44,075 bases of DNA from Octopus bimaculoides. Lineage: Eukaryota. Position numbers and translations under genes: made by a program. The stretch's first letter is position 1, and each line of letters opens with the position of its first letter. A model generated the notes under the pieces. It had not been told where the DNA came from. It made no database searches and saw nothing but the letters and a program-made list of their open reading frames with translations. The stretch spans positions 63,564,189-63,608,263 of the forward strand of contig NC_068988.1 in NCBI RefSeq assembly GCF_001194135.2. Direction: 5' to 3'. Below, one piece after another: positions 13,010 to 26,940 of this stretch.

Positions 13010-13830
13010 TAAGAGAGTGATCATCCACGAAAGACCAGTGGGCCTGCAACAGAGCACAAGAAGAGGCAACTTATAACATCCAACTCTGTCGTTAGACGTT
13101 AGACGGATGGACGGATGGACGGTCTGGTTAAATTGTACGATTCTAGTTTGATATAGTTCTGCTTTTGGAAAACAACTGGAACGAACCAATCTCACTCAGA
13201 AATGAGCCGAGAGAAGCTCTGCTGACGAGCTAGGAGGAGCGGCGGACGCCTATCTCATCTCTGTCATCCAGTATTGCCTGGATGTTGTGCTTTCTCCAAT
13301 AAACTTCTAACTCTACTGGAGCAAAATTCGATTTCTGCCAAATAGACGTGCTCCTCTCGTTAGGCTCTCCATTTGCTGAAAACACGCGCTCACGAGAAAA
13401 TGCATGTAAAAGATATAGTTACCGTTTTTTAGTCTCGTTTTTCCTCATTTCCATTCTTTCACAGGGCTGCAGTCGTTAATCAGGATAGAGAGAATGTTCA
13501 CCTGACTAATTTGCTATCATTGAGCGAGCTCTCAATCTTTAACGCTCATAATGCGGTCAGAAGATATGCATTGGTATTCTATAAAGTGGTAGGGAAACAG
13601 ATAATATACCCGAGGAAACAATGCGAAGCAAAGGAAATCAAATGATTTGTCTGTTGTGTATGATATTTTTGACAGCTGCTCATGGATAATATTACGAAAT
13701 CCGGGACCTGTCAGTGCTAATGTAGGAAATTACCTAATAGATGTAGGGAATTACATAATAGAGAGAAACTCTAAACACTGCAGTCCCTTCAGTCATGCGC
13801 AAGCATCTCTGACTGGGGAAGCATTGCTCA
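13010..13830 (-). pseudogene. Decayed apurinic-type endonuclease (APE) domain of a LINE
   Basis: Ordered degenerate motifs across frames: PDFVIL (~13685-13705), SSDRIMSVK (~13537-13565), GEPNERSTSIW...KHNIQAILD (~13266-13370, like GDFNA..W...HNL..LN), DHSL (~13011-13022, like SDH); span about 270 codons. Confidence 0.5.
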
Positions 13831-14017
13831 CATATCACGTGGGAGACATATCTAGCAATCAGGTAAACTCCTTTGGAAAATTTATCCCACCAAATTCATT
13901 TGACCAGGAAGGACAGTTACATGTCTGCTAAGAAGATTTTATGCAGTCCCTAACTGTACCTTTCTGCACTTGATGCCATATTTCTGTCAATTTTTTTGTT
14001 GCAAATTAAAATAACAT

Positions 14018-14046
14018 TCTTCTTCTTCTTCTTCTTCTTCTTCTTC

Positions 14047-14129
<83 letters not shown>

Positions 14130-14133
14130 GTTG

Positions 14134-14179
<46 letters not shown>

Positions 14180-14208
14180 CATTATTATCATTAATATTAT
14201 TATTATTA
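14018..14208. repeat. (TTC)n followed by (ATT)n microsatellite
   Basis: Direct tandem arrays. Confidence 0.95.
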
Positions 14209-14308
14209 TTGAGTGAGGGACCAACGCATGTCATCAAAGTGACACTGGAGTAGAAATATACAAAGCCGAATATACCCATGATGACTACTAGGCACATGCA
14301 TCACAATC
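14208..14308 (-). mobile_element. Family D 3'-end fragment embedded in (ATT)n
   Basis: GTGACACTGGAGTAGAAATATACAAAGCC..ATATACCCATGATGACTAC...CACATGCATCACAA matches 42435-42530; (ATT)n on both sides. Confidence 0.65.
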
Positions 14309-14331
14309 TATTATTATTGTTATTATTATTG

Positions 14332-14818
<487 letters not shown>

Positions 14819-16488
14819 CACGTTTCGACCTGGTAGAATTATTAACGCGCCAAACGAAATGCGTAGCGGTATTCTTCCCACTCAGTATGCTACGAGGCCA
14901 AACTTTGAAATTCATTCTAACGAGTATTGACGAAATATGCACCTGTTGTGCACTGTAACCACTTCAATCTTCCAATCGAAAACTACTGGCCTTCAACAAG
15001 TTTAAAAAGAATAGTTATTGCTGCTATTGTTGTGGTCATTAAAATTCTTGTTCCTGTTGATTCATTATTGGTCATTTTCATGTCGTTATTGACCGCGTGG
15101 ATACAGCCGTCATGCCTATATGATGTAAAGGGTACATACATGCATACATACAACATGCATGCACACACACAGATACATATATATATATATATANNNNNNN
15201 NNNNNNNNNNNNNNNNNNNNNNNNNNNNNNNNNNNNNNNNNNNNNNNNNNNNNNNNNNNNNNNNNNNNNNNNNNNNNNNNNNNNNNNNNNNNNNNNNNNN
15301 NNNNNNNNNNNNNNNNNNNNNNNNNNNNNNNNNNNNNNNNNNNNNNNNNNNNNNNNNNNNNNNNNNNNNNNNNNNNNNNNNNNNNNNNNNNNNNNNNNNN
15401 NNNNNNNNNNNNNNNNNNNNNNNNNNNNNNNNNNNNNNNNNNNNNNNNNNNNNNNNNNNNNNNNNNNNNNNNNNNNNNNNNNNNNNNNNNNNNNNNNNNN
15501 NNNNNNNNNNNNNNNNNNNNNNNNNNNNNNNNNNNNNNNNNNNNNNNNNNNNNNNNNNNNNNNNNNNNNNNNNNNNNNNNNNNNNNNNNNNNNNNNNNNN
15601 NNNNNNNNNNNNNNNNNNNNNNNNNNNNNNNNNNNNNNNNNNNNNNNNNNNNNNNNNNNNNNNNNNNNNNNNNNNNNNNNNNNNNNNNNNNNNNNNNNNN
15701 NNNNNNNNNNNNNNNNNNNNNNNNNNNNNNNNNNNNNNNNNNNNNNNNNNNNNNNNNNNNNNNNNNNNNNNNNNNNNNNNNNNNNNNNNNNNNNNNNNNN
15801 NNNNNNNNNNNNNNNNNNNNNNNNNNNNNNNNNNNNNNNNNNNNNNNNNNNNNNNNNNNNNNNNNNNNNNNNNNNNNNNNNNNNNNNNNNNNNNNNNNNN
15901 NNNNNNNNNNNNNNNNNNNNNNNNNNNNNNNNNNNNNNNNNNNNNNNNNNNNNNNNNNNNNNNNNNNNNNNNNNNNNNNNNNNNNNNNNNNNNNNNNNNN
16001 NNNNNNNNNNNNNNNNNNNNNNNNNNNNNNNNNNNNNNNNNNNNNNNNNNNNNNNNNNNNNNNNNNNNNNNNNNNNNNNNNNNNNNNNNNNNNNNNNNAT
16101 ATATGCATATATATACACACATTGATATATATGTATTTATCTATATGTATATGTATGTATCTATATACACATTTATCTATATATATATATTTACAAACCT
16201 AGACACACGCACACACATACACACACACACACACATGTATAAGCGTGTGCCTACATACATACTTAGTGTTTGCATATTTGTACGTATGTGCATGGTGAAT
16301 CACTGCATGAATGCAAGTGTACGTGTGTATATATATGTGTATGTGAATTTTTAAGTGACGCAACAGAAAATCTTAAAGGTGTCTTACAACCAAACCTTAT
16401 ATACACTAGATCGTAATCGTTTTCCCTGAGATTACAAAAGTATATTTTTACATAAACATTCAGGCTCATATATAGCTGTGTACATATG

Positions 16489-16523
<35 letters not shown>

Positions 16524-16626
16524 ATGTGTGTGTGTGTATATATTTATATATATATAAATATACACTTATATATATATGTATACGTATAGGTATATATATG
16601 TGTCTCTATGTATATCAGTAGACAGA

Positions 16627-16627
16627 C

Positions 16628-16683
<56 letters not shown>
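16627..16683. repeat. (AGAT)n microsatellite
   Basis: Direct tandem array. Confidence 0.95.
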
Positions 16684-16684
<1 letters not shown>

Positions 16685-16808
16685 CGTACATCCATTAACA
16701 CATATTTATATATGCATAGATATGTCCTTGATCGGAGACTTACATATATACATATCCATATAAACACGCTCGGAAACATATATACATATGTGTGTGTGTG
16801 AGTTTATA

Positions 16809-16839
<31 letters not shown>

Positions 16840-18287
16840 NNNNNNNNNNNNNNNNNNNNNNNNNNNNNNNNNNNNNNNNNNNNNNNNNNNNNNNNNNNNN
16901 NNNNNNNNNNNNNNNNNNNNNNNNNNNNNNNNNNNNNNNNNNNNNNNNNNNNNNNNNNNNNNNNNNNNNNNNNNNNNNNNNNNNNNNNNNNNNNNNNNNN
17001 NNNNNNNNNNNNNNNNNNNNNNNNNNNNNNNNNNNNNNNNNNNNNNNNNNNNNNNNNNNNNNNNNNNNNNNNNNNNNNNNNNNNNNNNNNNNNNNNNNNN
17101 NNNNNNNNNNNNNNNNNNNNNNNNNNNNNNNNNNNNNNNNNNNNNNNNNNNNNNNNNNNNNNNNNNNNNNNNNNNNNNNNNNNNNNNNNNNNNNNNNNNN
17201 NNNNNNNNNNNNNNNNNNNNNNNNNNNNNNNNNNNNNNNNNNNNNNNNNNNNNNNNNNNNNNNNNNNNNNNNNNNNNNNNNNNNNNNNNNNNNNNNNNNN
17301 NNNNNNNNNNNNNNNNNNNNNNNNNNNNNNNNNNNNNNNNNNNNNNNNNNNNNNNNNNNNNNNNNNNNNNNNNNNNNNNNNNNNNNNNNNNNNNNNNNNN
17401 NNNNNNNNNNNNNNNNNNNNNNNNNNNNNNNNNNNNNNNNNNNNNNNNNNNNNNNNNNNNNNNNNNNNNNNNNNNNNNNNNNNNNNNNNNNNNNNNNNNN
17501 NNNNNNNNNNNNNNNNNNNNNNNNNNNNNNNNNNNNNNNNNNNNNNNNNNNNNNNNNNNNNNNNNNNNNNNNNNNNNNNNNNNNNNNNNNNNNNNNNNNN
17601 NNNNNNNNNNNNNNNNNNNNNNNNNNNNNNNNNNNNNNNNNNNNNNNNNNNNNNNNNNNNNNNNNNNNNNNNNNNNNNNNNNNNNNNNNNNNNNNNNNNN
17701 NNNNNNNNNNNNNNNNNNNNNNNNNNATATATATACATATATATATATACATGATGTTCAATATAATGTATATATGTGTGCATGTCCCTATGTGTGTACG
17801 TTTGAATGTATATATGTGTGTTTTTATATATATGTACGTATACATATATTCCTAATTAGGTATAAGCCTTATTTAATGTAGGAGATGAAATCACCCTTTA
17901 GTTTCATTAATTAAACAAAAAGCCTATGATTGTAATGAGAAGGTGGATGTCGGAAAAATTAGTTTCTATAAAATCTATAACGAAATATAAAGGCTCCCTT
18001 TTATTTTTGAATGTTTCATTACGATAAATATATAATTAAATCGTAGATAATTAACGACTCGCGCAGACATGCAATTACACACATAAACAATAAATCATTT
18101 TTGTTGTTGTAGTTGTATATGTTTGTAATGGTTCGTTCCATGTCAGGTCATATCTAAATTAGGAGAGTTGTGAGTGAATGTATCTCCGATGGCCCTCAGT
18201 TTTCATATTGCTAATGAGGGGTTTGAGGGATATTCATGGCTTCTTCTAGAGCCCATTTATGGATTATACTAACTGATTTCAAATTTT

Positions 18288-18482
18288 AGTTGAAGGCCAA
18301 CAATTTTGAGGGAGGAGATTAGCCGATGTCATGGCTAATACTAATACAGCTGATACTTATTTCATCGACCACGTAGTGATGAAAATTGGCATCGGCAGAA
18401 TTTGAACTCAGAGCCTATAGACGGACGAAAGGCCACTAAACATTTTGCCCGGCATGCTAACGTTTCTGCCAGTTCATCGCCT
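18288..18482 (-). mobile_element. SINE family A
   Basis: GGCAGAATTTGAACTCAGAG...CCCGGCATGCTAACGTTTCTGCCAGTTCATCGCCT. Confidence 0.75.
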
Positions 18483-19434
18483 GATAGATATAACTTATTG
18501 CGAAGCCCTACTATATTTCATTTCTTTATTTCTGAGTTGATGGGAAAATTATTTCATTTATAAGGGTTTACATAACAAATATGTTCCACTTCTAATTTAA
18601 TTGCTTAACCCTGTCTCATTTTATGGTTGTAGCTATTTTAGACAATTTACGTCATTAATTATGATGCTATCACAACAAAAGTCTCACAGTCGAAAGCCTA
18701 ATTATGATTTAATTAATTATCATTAATTAGCTGTGTGGCGAACGCTGAACATCGTTGAGCAGACTATAAAAACAAATGACTTTCATTGAAGCCAGTTATA
18801 AAATTCAATGCATGTCTGCCTTAGTTTCATTCATTATTTCCCAGTCTCATATAGTGGCCTTGAGAATAGGATGAATATTGAGATACCCCGTTTTATAAAC
18901 ATCCTTTAATCTATTTCATTCCTATCCTTAGTCAGATCGAAAACTATATTGATTATTTATTGAGAAACAAAGGCTCGATATTTTGAGGGTTCCGTTTGGA
19001 GAGGTTTGAAGGAGGTACATTAAGAATATCAATCCTAATATATAAATGGTGCAATATTTTATCGATTTCCGAGGGATGAGAGGCAAAATTAACCTCTTCG
19101 AGATCAGAAGCTAATTTTTTCGTATTATATAAGTGAGCTTCGAATAATCCATTTTCTTTTCAAGCAGATTTCAAGCGAACACGCACTACGAGATCACGCC
19201 TATGCGATTGTGGCCTTTATTAAAAAATCCGACATGTATTCATATACAAAAATTAACAGTCCAAGAGAGATGACGTTTTAAAAAAATTCTTAAAAGCCTA
19301 CCAGTGTAAGAGGTGTGATTTATTTTCAACGATTCGCCAACCACGAATGCTTTGAGAAGAGAAACATTAAACTGTTAGTTCTCTTATACCCATAAAAAGC
19401 CAGAAGACATGCTGCTAAACATTTTGTCCAGCAC

Positions 19435-19534
<100 letters not shown>

Positions 19535-19649
19535 TAACACTAACAACAACAATAATGATTTCTTACATAGGCACAAAGCAAGAAATTTTGGTGGGACAGA
19601 AGAGGCAAGTATATTAATCCCAACACTTGGTTAGCGGGTATAAGGAATT

Positions 19650-19848
19650 GTTAACTCGCTGCGCGAAATGCTTAGCGGTATTTCGTCTGTCACAACGCTC
19701 TGAGTTCAAATTCTGCCGATGTCTACTTTGCCTTTCATCCATTCGGTATCAATAGATTAAGTACCAGTTGGATAGTGGGGTGGATGTGATCGACTGTCAC
19801 CCTCCTCACAAAATTCAGGTCTTGTGCCTATAGTGGGAAGATTATTTC
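19650..19848 (+). mobile_element. SINE family A
   Basis: GCGAAATGCTTAGCGGTATTTCGTC...GAGTTCAAATTCTGCC...CTTGTGCCTATAGTGGGAAGATT. Confidence 0.8.
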
Positions 19849-19905
19849 TCCGTATTTCTTTCACTCTTCTTTTTAGAATTTTTGTTTTAGTTTCCCATTT
19901 TACAC

Positions 19906-20313
19906 AGGTGCAGGCGTGGCTATGTGGTGAGAAGCTTCCTTCCCAACCACATGGTTCTGGGTTCTGTCCTACAGCGTGGCATCTTGAGCAAGTATCTTCT
20001 ACTTTTGCCTCGGACCGACTGAGGCTTTGTGAGTGAATTTGGTAGAGGGAAAATGAAAGAAGCCCGTTGTATGCATGTTTGTGTGTATTTGTGTGTTTGT
20101 GTCCGCGTTCGCCCATCCCACCATTGCTTGAGAACCAATGCTGATGAGTTAACATCCCTGAAACTTAGAGGTTCGACAAAAAAGGCCGATAGAATAAATA
20201 CTAGGCTCACAGAGAGTCAGTCCTGGGGTCTACTTGTTCGACTAAAACCCCTTTAATCGGTGCTCCTTCATGGCTGCAGGCAAATGACTGAAACAAGTAG
20301 AAGAACAAAAGAA
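19906..20313 (+). mobile_element. SINE family B (CORE-type), full length
   Basis: tRNA-like head (GTGGCTATGTGG, GGGTTCTGTCC), CORE-like GCGTGGCATCTTGAGCAAGTATCTT, internal TG linker, tail GACTGAAACAAGTAGAAG. Confidence 0.85.
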
Positions 20314-20333
20314 TGAGTTATCATAGAACGTGA

Positions 20334-20647
20334 AGGTGCGTGCCTTACTTAGCGTTTTCGGCTCACGATCGTAATGGCGTCAGTTGAGTTCCTGTCGACG
20401 CGTTATGTCCTTCAGCTAGGCGCTTTATTTTACGTTGCTCCAGTCCACTCACCTCGCAAAAATGAGTGGTACTTTTAATTCCAAGGGCCAGCCTTGTCAC
20501 ATTGTGTCTCGCTGAATCTTCCTGAGAACTACGTTAAAAGTACATATGTCTGTGGAATGCTCAGCCACTTATACGTTAATTTGACAAACAAGCTGTTCCG
20601 TTGATCGAATCAAGTGGAATAATCGTAATTGTAACCGACGTAGTGCC
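20334..20647 (+). mobile_element. SINE with a different head and the family C tail
   Basis: 20478-20647 aligns with 7318-7470, while 20334-20477 is an unrelated tRNA-like head with a GTCCTT.AGC.AGGC.CTTTA-type core. Confidence 0.7.
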
Positions 20648-21375
20648 TTTTAGTTATTATACACCTCTCTGAGTCTTTCATGCCTTACACTAAGTAAATA
20701 AACAATACCTCAAAACATCTTGGCCGCTATGTTAACGAAACTTTCCAAGAACCCCAATAGAACCTAAAGATTATTAGAAGGTTAACGCAATTATTGGGCT
20801 CCTGCAGCGGGTGCAATTTGGTGTCCTCGTACACTCGAGGTTCACAAATGCTCGTCAGTGGAGTGAGTCAAGAATTTCTTGAGTGCATAGAAATTTCAAA
20901 TGCCGAGATTTGAGGAAAGATTCATTCAAATAAAGGTTGGAAAACTTTCGATAATATTGTGAATTAATTGTTTGACTGATAATTAGAAGTAATCAAGTTG
21001 AGAACTAAATACAAGCGGTCAGTGGAATCAGTGTGCTTGATTGCTAAGCCTGTTCTTCGAAAGTATGAACTAAATATCGAACAAAATCTATTGATCCAAT
21101 AAAAGCGTTGCTACATATTCATTCCATTACCAAGAAATAGCAGCTAATATCTTTCAGTTCATACCAAACTGTATTATGTAAACTATATTGTAATTTTTTT
21201 ATATATTAATTTATAGTATAAATACATACATGTGTGTGTGTGTGCGTACATACATTCATGCATATATGTATAAATATAAATGAATGTATATACATACACA
21301 CACTCACACTTACGCGCATACACACACATATTTACATACCCATATAGATATGAAGATATATAAATGCATAAATTT

Positions 21376-21518
21376 AGGCGGAGGAGTGACTAAGTAAGTA
21401 GTTTGCTAACCAGCCAAATTGCTCCGGGTTCAGTCCCAGTGCGTGGCACCTTGGGCAAGTATCTTCTACTATAGCCTTGGGCAGACCAAATCTTTGTGAG
21501 TGGATTTGGAAGCCTGTC

Positions 21519-21561
<43 letters not shown>

Positions 21562-21725
21562 ACCATCGCTTGACAATCGATGTTGGTGTCTTTACGCCCT
21601 CGTAAATTAGCGGTTCGGCAAAGGAAGTCGATAGAATGAATACTAGGCTTACAAAGAATAAGTCCTGGGGTCGACTTGCATGGCCGCAGTCAAAATGACT
21701 GAAACAAGTAAAAGAATAAAAGAAT
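21376..21725 (+). mobile_element. SINE family B (CORE-type)
   Basis: CCGGGTTCAGTCCCAGTGCGTGGCACCTTGGGCAAGTATCTTCTAC; internal (TG)n; family B tail. Confidence 0.85.
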
Positions 21726-22540
21726 ATTTTGTGGCATCAGTGGAGGGTCAATATGTTAGTATTAAACAAATACACGTATTAGTTTTCTTTCATTTGTTTC
21801 ATTATTGTCCGTCAACTATTTAACTAACTAAGTAAGCGATTGCATAATTTATTGCAAGGTCAATCAATCAGCTCTATGTTAATGATGATGGTAGTCTCTC
21901 GTAGTCTCTCTTCCTCAACAACCTGTACAAATTTGTTTATAGTGATCTAATGTTTAAGCTGTACATTAGATCGCTCCTCACATATAATCGTCGTTGCCTG
22001 AGCGGGTGTATAGTAAATCAGATGTCAGATGTCAAAGAGATCACAGTACAACGTAAGATGTGTTTTACTCAAGAGCACAATGCAACATTCGGTCTACAAG
22101 AAATGAAACCACATTCTCGTGATTATGAGTATACCACGCATTCACCACTAGGCCTTGCACCCTCACAATCAGCATACAAGCAGTCACACACATAAGCATA
22201 TAACTGGTTAACTGTATATATATATGTGTATGCGTGTGTGTGTGTGTGTGTGTGCGTGTGTGTGTGTGCGTGTGTGTTTGTATGTATGTGTATGTGTGTG
22301 TGTGTATGTAGATATATAAAATATACACATATAGAGAGACAAATAAATAGATAGATAGATAGGTAGGTAGGTAGGTAGGCAGACAGACAGAGAGGCAGGC
22401 GAGCAGACACACAGATAGACGGACGGACAGATGGACGGACGGACAGACAGACGAATATATATATATAGACACACATAAATACACACACACACGTACATAC
22501 ATACATACATATATACAATCGTGAAATAAACTGAATAATG

Positions 22541-22571
<31 letters not shown>

Positions 22572-24166
22572 TATTAAAGAGGCTGCGCGTTTTAATGTAT
22601 CCGTTTAAAAAATTGAGTCAGAAATTCCACCAGTTTGCTAACTTGTCGCCCTCAGATATAAAACATAGCGGTTTCCCATATTGAGTCTCACAGTTTGACA
22701 TGGGGGTCACGTGATTCATGTTGGCGCCGTAATTGATTGTTTTAATAGATGCTACAACGGAGAAATTAAACATAAACCTCTCGCTGTTTAAGAAGCCTCC
22801 GTAACGGTTGGGGCGTGGGGGGGGGGTCTACGAAATAAGAAACTACAGCTGTCGAAATATATATATATATATATATTTATTTCTTTATTCTTTCATTCAT
22901 TAATTTCTTAGTTTCAGACTTCATCGGAATGCCTACAGCAGAGTGGTCGCCTTTAAAGTTACTCATGGATCCGGAACAACACCCTTAAAATAACAAGCAT
23001 AAACGACCTTGGAACTATTGGAAGAATGACGCAACCCCAAATACAGCCAAAACACATTTGCCATTTCATAGCCTTTAAAGTCAATAAAATAAGTCCTTTA
23101 TTTTTTTTTCGCCTTTTTTGTATATTCGTTTATATTTTTGCATAATATAGCAAAGAATAATTATTGTATGCTTCCTTTGGATAGCAGCAGTAAGTCTTTC
23201 CTTCATTGACAATTAACTTGTTTCATACAACATTTAGTGTTTTTTCAAACGCTAAACTTAACCGCATCTGATATATTTAAGAGAAAACGTTGCGCCAGAA
23301 ATGCGCTTTACATAATCTCTACTGCAACGTTAAAAGCGGTAGTAGATATTATTAGGCAAAGTCATGCGCAGGCAAACAACAAATAAATAAATTTAATAAA
23401 TAGATAGGGAGATAAATGGTATTTTTCTGTTATGTCATTGCGCAGAACAAAACATTTACAGATTCTCGAGGTCACCTCAACTGATATTGAAAATGTTATG
23501 CTGTGCTGGGATGTGATGTGTTATTATGTAACGGCGATGCCAACATGCATCATGCATGTACGCATGCATGCATGTGAATGGTGGTGATGTACATAACTTT
23601 GTATACACCCCGAAATATCACTCGTATCTATACGAATATACATACATGCATATATATACACATATATATATATATATATATANNNNNNNNNNNNNNNNNN
23701 NNNNNNNNNNNNNNNNNNNNNNNNNNNNNNNNNNNNNNNNNNNNNNNNNNNNNNNNNNNNNNNNNNNNNNNNNNNNNNNNNNNNNNNNNNNNNNNNNNNN
23801 NNNNNNNNNNNNNNNNNNNNNNNNNNNNNNNNNNNNNNNNNNNNNNNNNNNNNNNNNNNNNNNNNNNNNNNNNNNNNNNNNNNNNNNNNNNNNNNNNNNN
23901 NNNNNNNNNNNNNNNNNNNNNNNNNNNNNNNNNNNNNNNNNNNNNNNNNNNNNNNNNNNNNNNNNNNNNNNNNNNNNNNNNNNNNNNNNNNNNNNNNNNN
24001 NNNNNNNNNNNNNNNNNNNNNNNNNNNNNNNNNNNNNNNNNNNNNNNNNNNNNNNNNNNNNNNNNNNNNNNNNNNNNNNNNNNNNNNNNNNNNNNNNNNN
24101 NNNNNNNNNNNNNNNNNNNNNNNNNNNNNNNNNNNNNNNNNNNNNNNNNNNNNNNNNNNNNNNNNN

Positions 24167-24203
<37 letters not shown>

Positions 24204-24658
24204 AGCGTTAGTAAATATGCGCAGATTTTGAACAGAATGCGATAAAACAAACGGAGAGTGAGATAACAATAGGAGCGAGATATAGAAACAAAAAGAGTGA
24301 GAGTGGTGGGGGTAGGGTGAACAAAGAAGGAGGGTAGTAAGAAAGTGAAACTAGAAAGTATACGGTAGCAGGGAAAGTGAAAGTATATGAAGGAGAGTCA
24401 TAAAAAGGAGAAAGAGATTACGTACACTATAGAACATAGAATGAGTTTGTGAGTTACATATTTAAGATATATCATCAGTTATGAAATTATATATTTGCTA
24501 AGAGGAATCAGTAAAATTCTATTGTAATGCATTAATAAATTCATGAGTCTTTCCTCAGATGCACGCCGCGTTTTAATGCATGACTGCGTGAGCATGATCA
24601 TGTGTGGTTGGTGTTTTTCGCTTTCGCCTGTGTTCGTCTAAGCATTCACGGGTGTATG

Positions 24659-24691
<33 letters not shown>

Positions 24692-25724
24692 TGGCGTTTT
24701 ATGGGTGCGTGTAAGTATGTGGTGTGGGACATTTGTTTATAACATTGCGGAAATACAAAATCAACATGCGTATATATATATACATATATACATCAGAGAA
24801 AGTCTATGCATGTGGGTATGCATGCGTATATACGCGCGCGCGTGTCTATGTGCGTGTGAGCGTGAAAGAGCGAGAGAGAGAGTGCAGGCGTGTTCGTGTG
24901 TCTGTGTGGGTGTGGTGATTGTGTTTGCGCGCGTGCTCATATGTGCGTGAATATGTGTGTATTTGAACTAAAATATTAAGGCTTACTGTTTGTTCTCCCT
25001 CATACATAAATCTATGCCCACATACACATATATATATATACAATATACAAATTTAACTTACATACACATCGTGTATATAAGCAAGTACCCCTTTCTTTCA
25101 CTCTCGTTATATATCTATATATATATGTGTGTGTCTGTGTGTGTGTGTGTGTAGGTAGGTATGTACGTATACGTGCACGTACATCAATATAAAATATATA
25201 TATATTGAGAGAGAAAGATATTTCTAAGTATGTGTGCATGTATGTGTATATATATTGATGTAAATTGCTTGATAATCACATGCATGCTGCAAGGGACTGC
25301 ATAGCAACAGCAGGAATAAAAAGCCCGCCGCAGTGCAGCAAATTGCAACAGGAGTAATAGGAGTTAGGGAGATTGTTATAATGTGCAATTTATCAAAGCC
25401 ACGCAATGTAGTAATGTTATATAATCCCAAATTGTAGGAGTTGGTTTAAAACAAACAAACAAACAAAGAGAGAGAGAGAGAGAAAAGAGAAAGAAACAAG
25501 GCTTAGTTTGCTGTTGCTATGGGATTGGTATATCGTACAGCTAAAATTATTTATCCATCCCTAAAGGTTTATGCTAAATATACGTTCTAAATCCTAGTCA
25601 AACAATAAGCCCTATGTCCATGCATGTATATGTGTATATTTGTTCAACGGGTCCTCTCATATTCGAAGCATGAAACCGTATTCACAGACGTGTTTGTATG
25701 TGTGTGTATGTATATATGCATATA

Positions 25725-25767
<43 letters not shown>

Positions 25768-25805
25768 NNNNNNNNNNATTAGTATAACGCTCAGGAATAT
25801 ATATT

Positions 25806-25844
<39 letters not shown>

Positions 25845-25957
25845 CGTAATTCGGTTTATTTCAAGATTTCTTGCCGATAGAGAAAGAACCGGTTTCTAAC
25901 CTCAATCCAAGGCTCTTTCATTGGAATTTCAAGATCAACAACAGGGTATCTTTGTTT

Positions 25958-25993
25958 TATGTATGTATGTATATATGTATGTATATATGTATG

Positions 25994-26027
<34 letters not shown>

Positions 26028-26090
26028 TGTATATATGTATGCATGTATGTATGTATGTATGTATGTGTGTGTATGTATGTATGCATGTAT
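25958..26090. repeat. (ATGT)n-based microsatellite
   Basis: Direct tandem array. Confidence 0.9.
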
Positions 26091-26202
26091 GTGCAGATTT
26101 GTATGTTTTATGTATGTATTCTCATGCATATAGTTGCATATGTAGACATGCTCATATATACTTAAGTGATAAGTTTCTGGAAAATTTTACGTATGTATAT
26201 AC

Positions 26203-26600
26203 AGGCGTGGGAGTGGCTGTATGGTGAGAAACTTCCTTCTCTACCACATGGTTCCTGTTCAGTCCAGATGCGTGAGACCTTGGGAAAGTCACTTCTGTTA
26301 TTGTCTTGGGCCGACCAAAGACTTGTGAGTGCAGTTACTGGACGGAAATTGAAAGAATTAAATCCTGTCTATATTTATATACATGTCTGTGTATATAATT
26401 GTGTATGTGCGTGTGTCTGTTTGTCGACCACAACTGCTTGACAACCGGTGCTGGGGTATTTACGTCCTCCTAAGTTAGCGGGGCGATAAAATAAAAAGTA
26501 AGTTTAAAAAAGTAACTACTAGGCTAGATTCCTTCCAATAAAAGCTCTTGACATCGATGTCCCTGCAAGGTCGCAGTCTAATGACTGCAATAGGTAAAAG
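26203..26600 (+). mobile_element. SINE family B (CORE-type), diverged
   Basis: GTGAGACCTTGGGAAAGTCACTTCTG closely resembles the MIR CORE motif; remaining blocks match other B copies. Confidence 0.75.
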
Positions 26601-26606
26601 ATGAAG

Positions 26607-26643
<37 letters not shown>

Positions 26644-26940
26644 ACAGGTAGATAGATAAACAGGTAGATAGATAGAAAGATTGATAGTCAGATACATACA
26701 TACATACATACATACATACATACATAAAGTAAGAGAGAGAAAGAGAGAGAAAGAGAGAGAAAGAGATGTAACTTCTTAAAGTGTTTACATTACAAGTTAA
26801 ACTGACCCATTAAGACTGCAATATTTTGATGTATGTTCAGATATTTCTTTTGGGTCCTTTGTCTGTCCAGTCCCATATTCCTGAACAAGGACTTTTGTCT
26901 AAATGGAAGAATCATGCAGGGATTATATGTATTGTATATC

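Noticed and set aside
13440-13645. Strong plus-strand splice acceptor followed by 59 open codons
   Set aside because: Better explained as the antisense strand of the decayed APE domain; no recognisable protein and no clear donor.
14927-17855. Long ORFs of 320-475 aa in the ORF track (also 5344-5959, 10790-11300, 12149-12577, 23524-24269)
   Set aside because: They are open only because they run through N gaps and (TA)/(TG) repeats.
18640-18735. Cluster of TAAT/ATTA homeodomain-like sites
   Set aside because: Expected frequently at this AT content; no independent support.
20145-20185. CTGATGAG...GAAAC resembling a hammerhead
   Set aside because: No stem II; the region is a mutated version of the family B tail seen without this motif in other copies.
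21950-22195. 81-aa ORF in non-repetitive sequence (likewise 9838-10083 and 25224-25430)
   Set aside because: Lengths are within chance expectation, with no recognisable domain or supporting splice structure.
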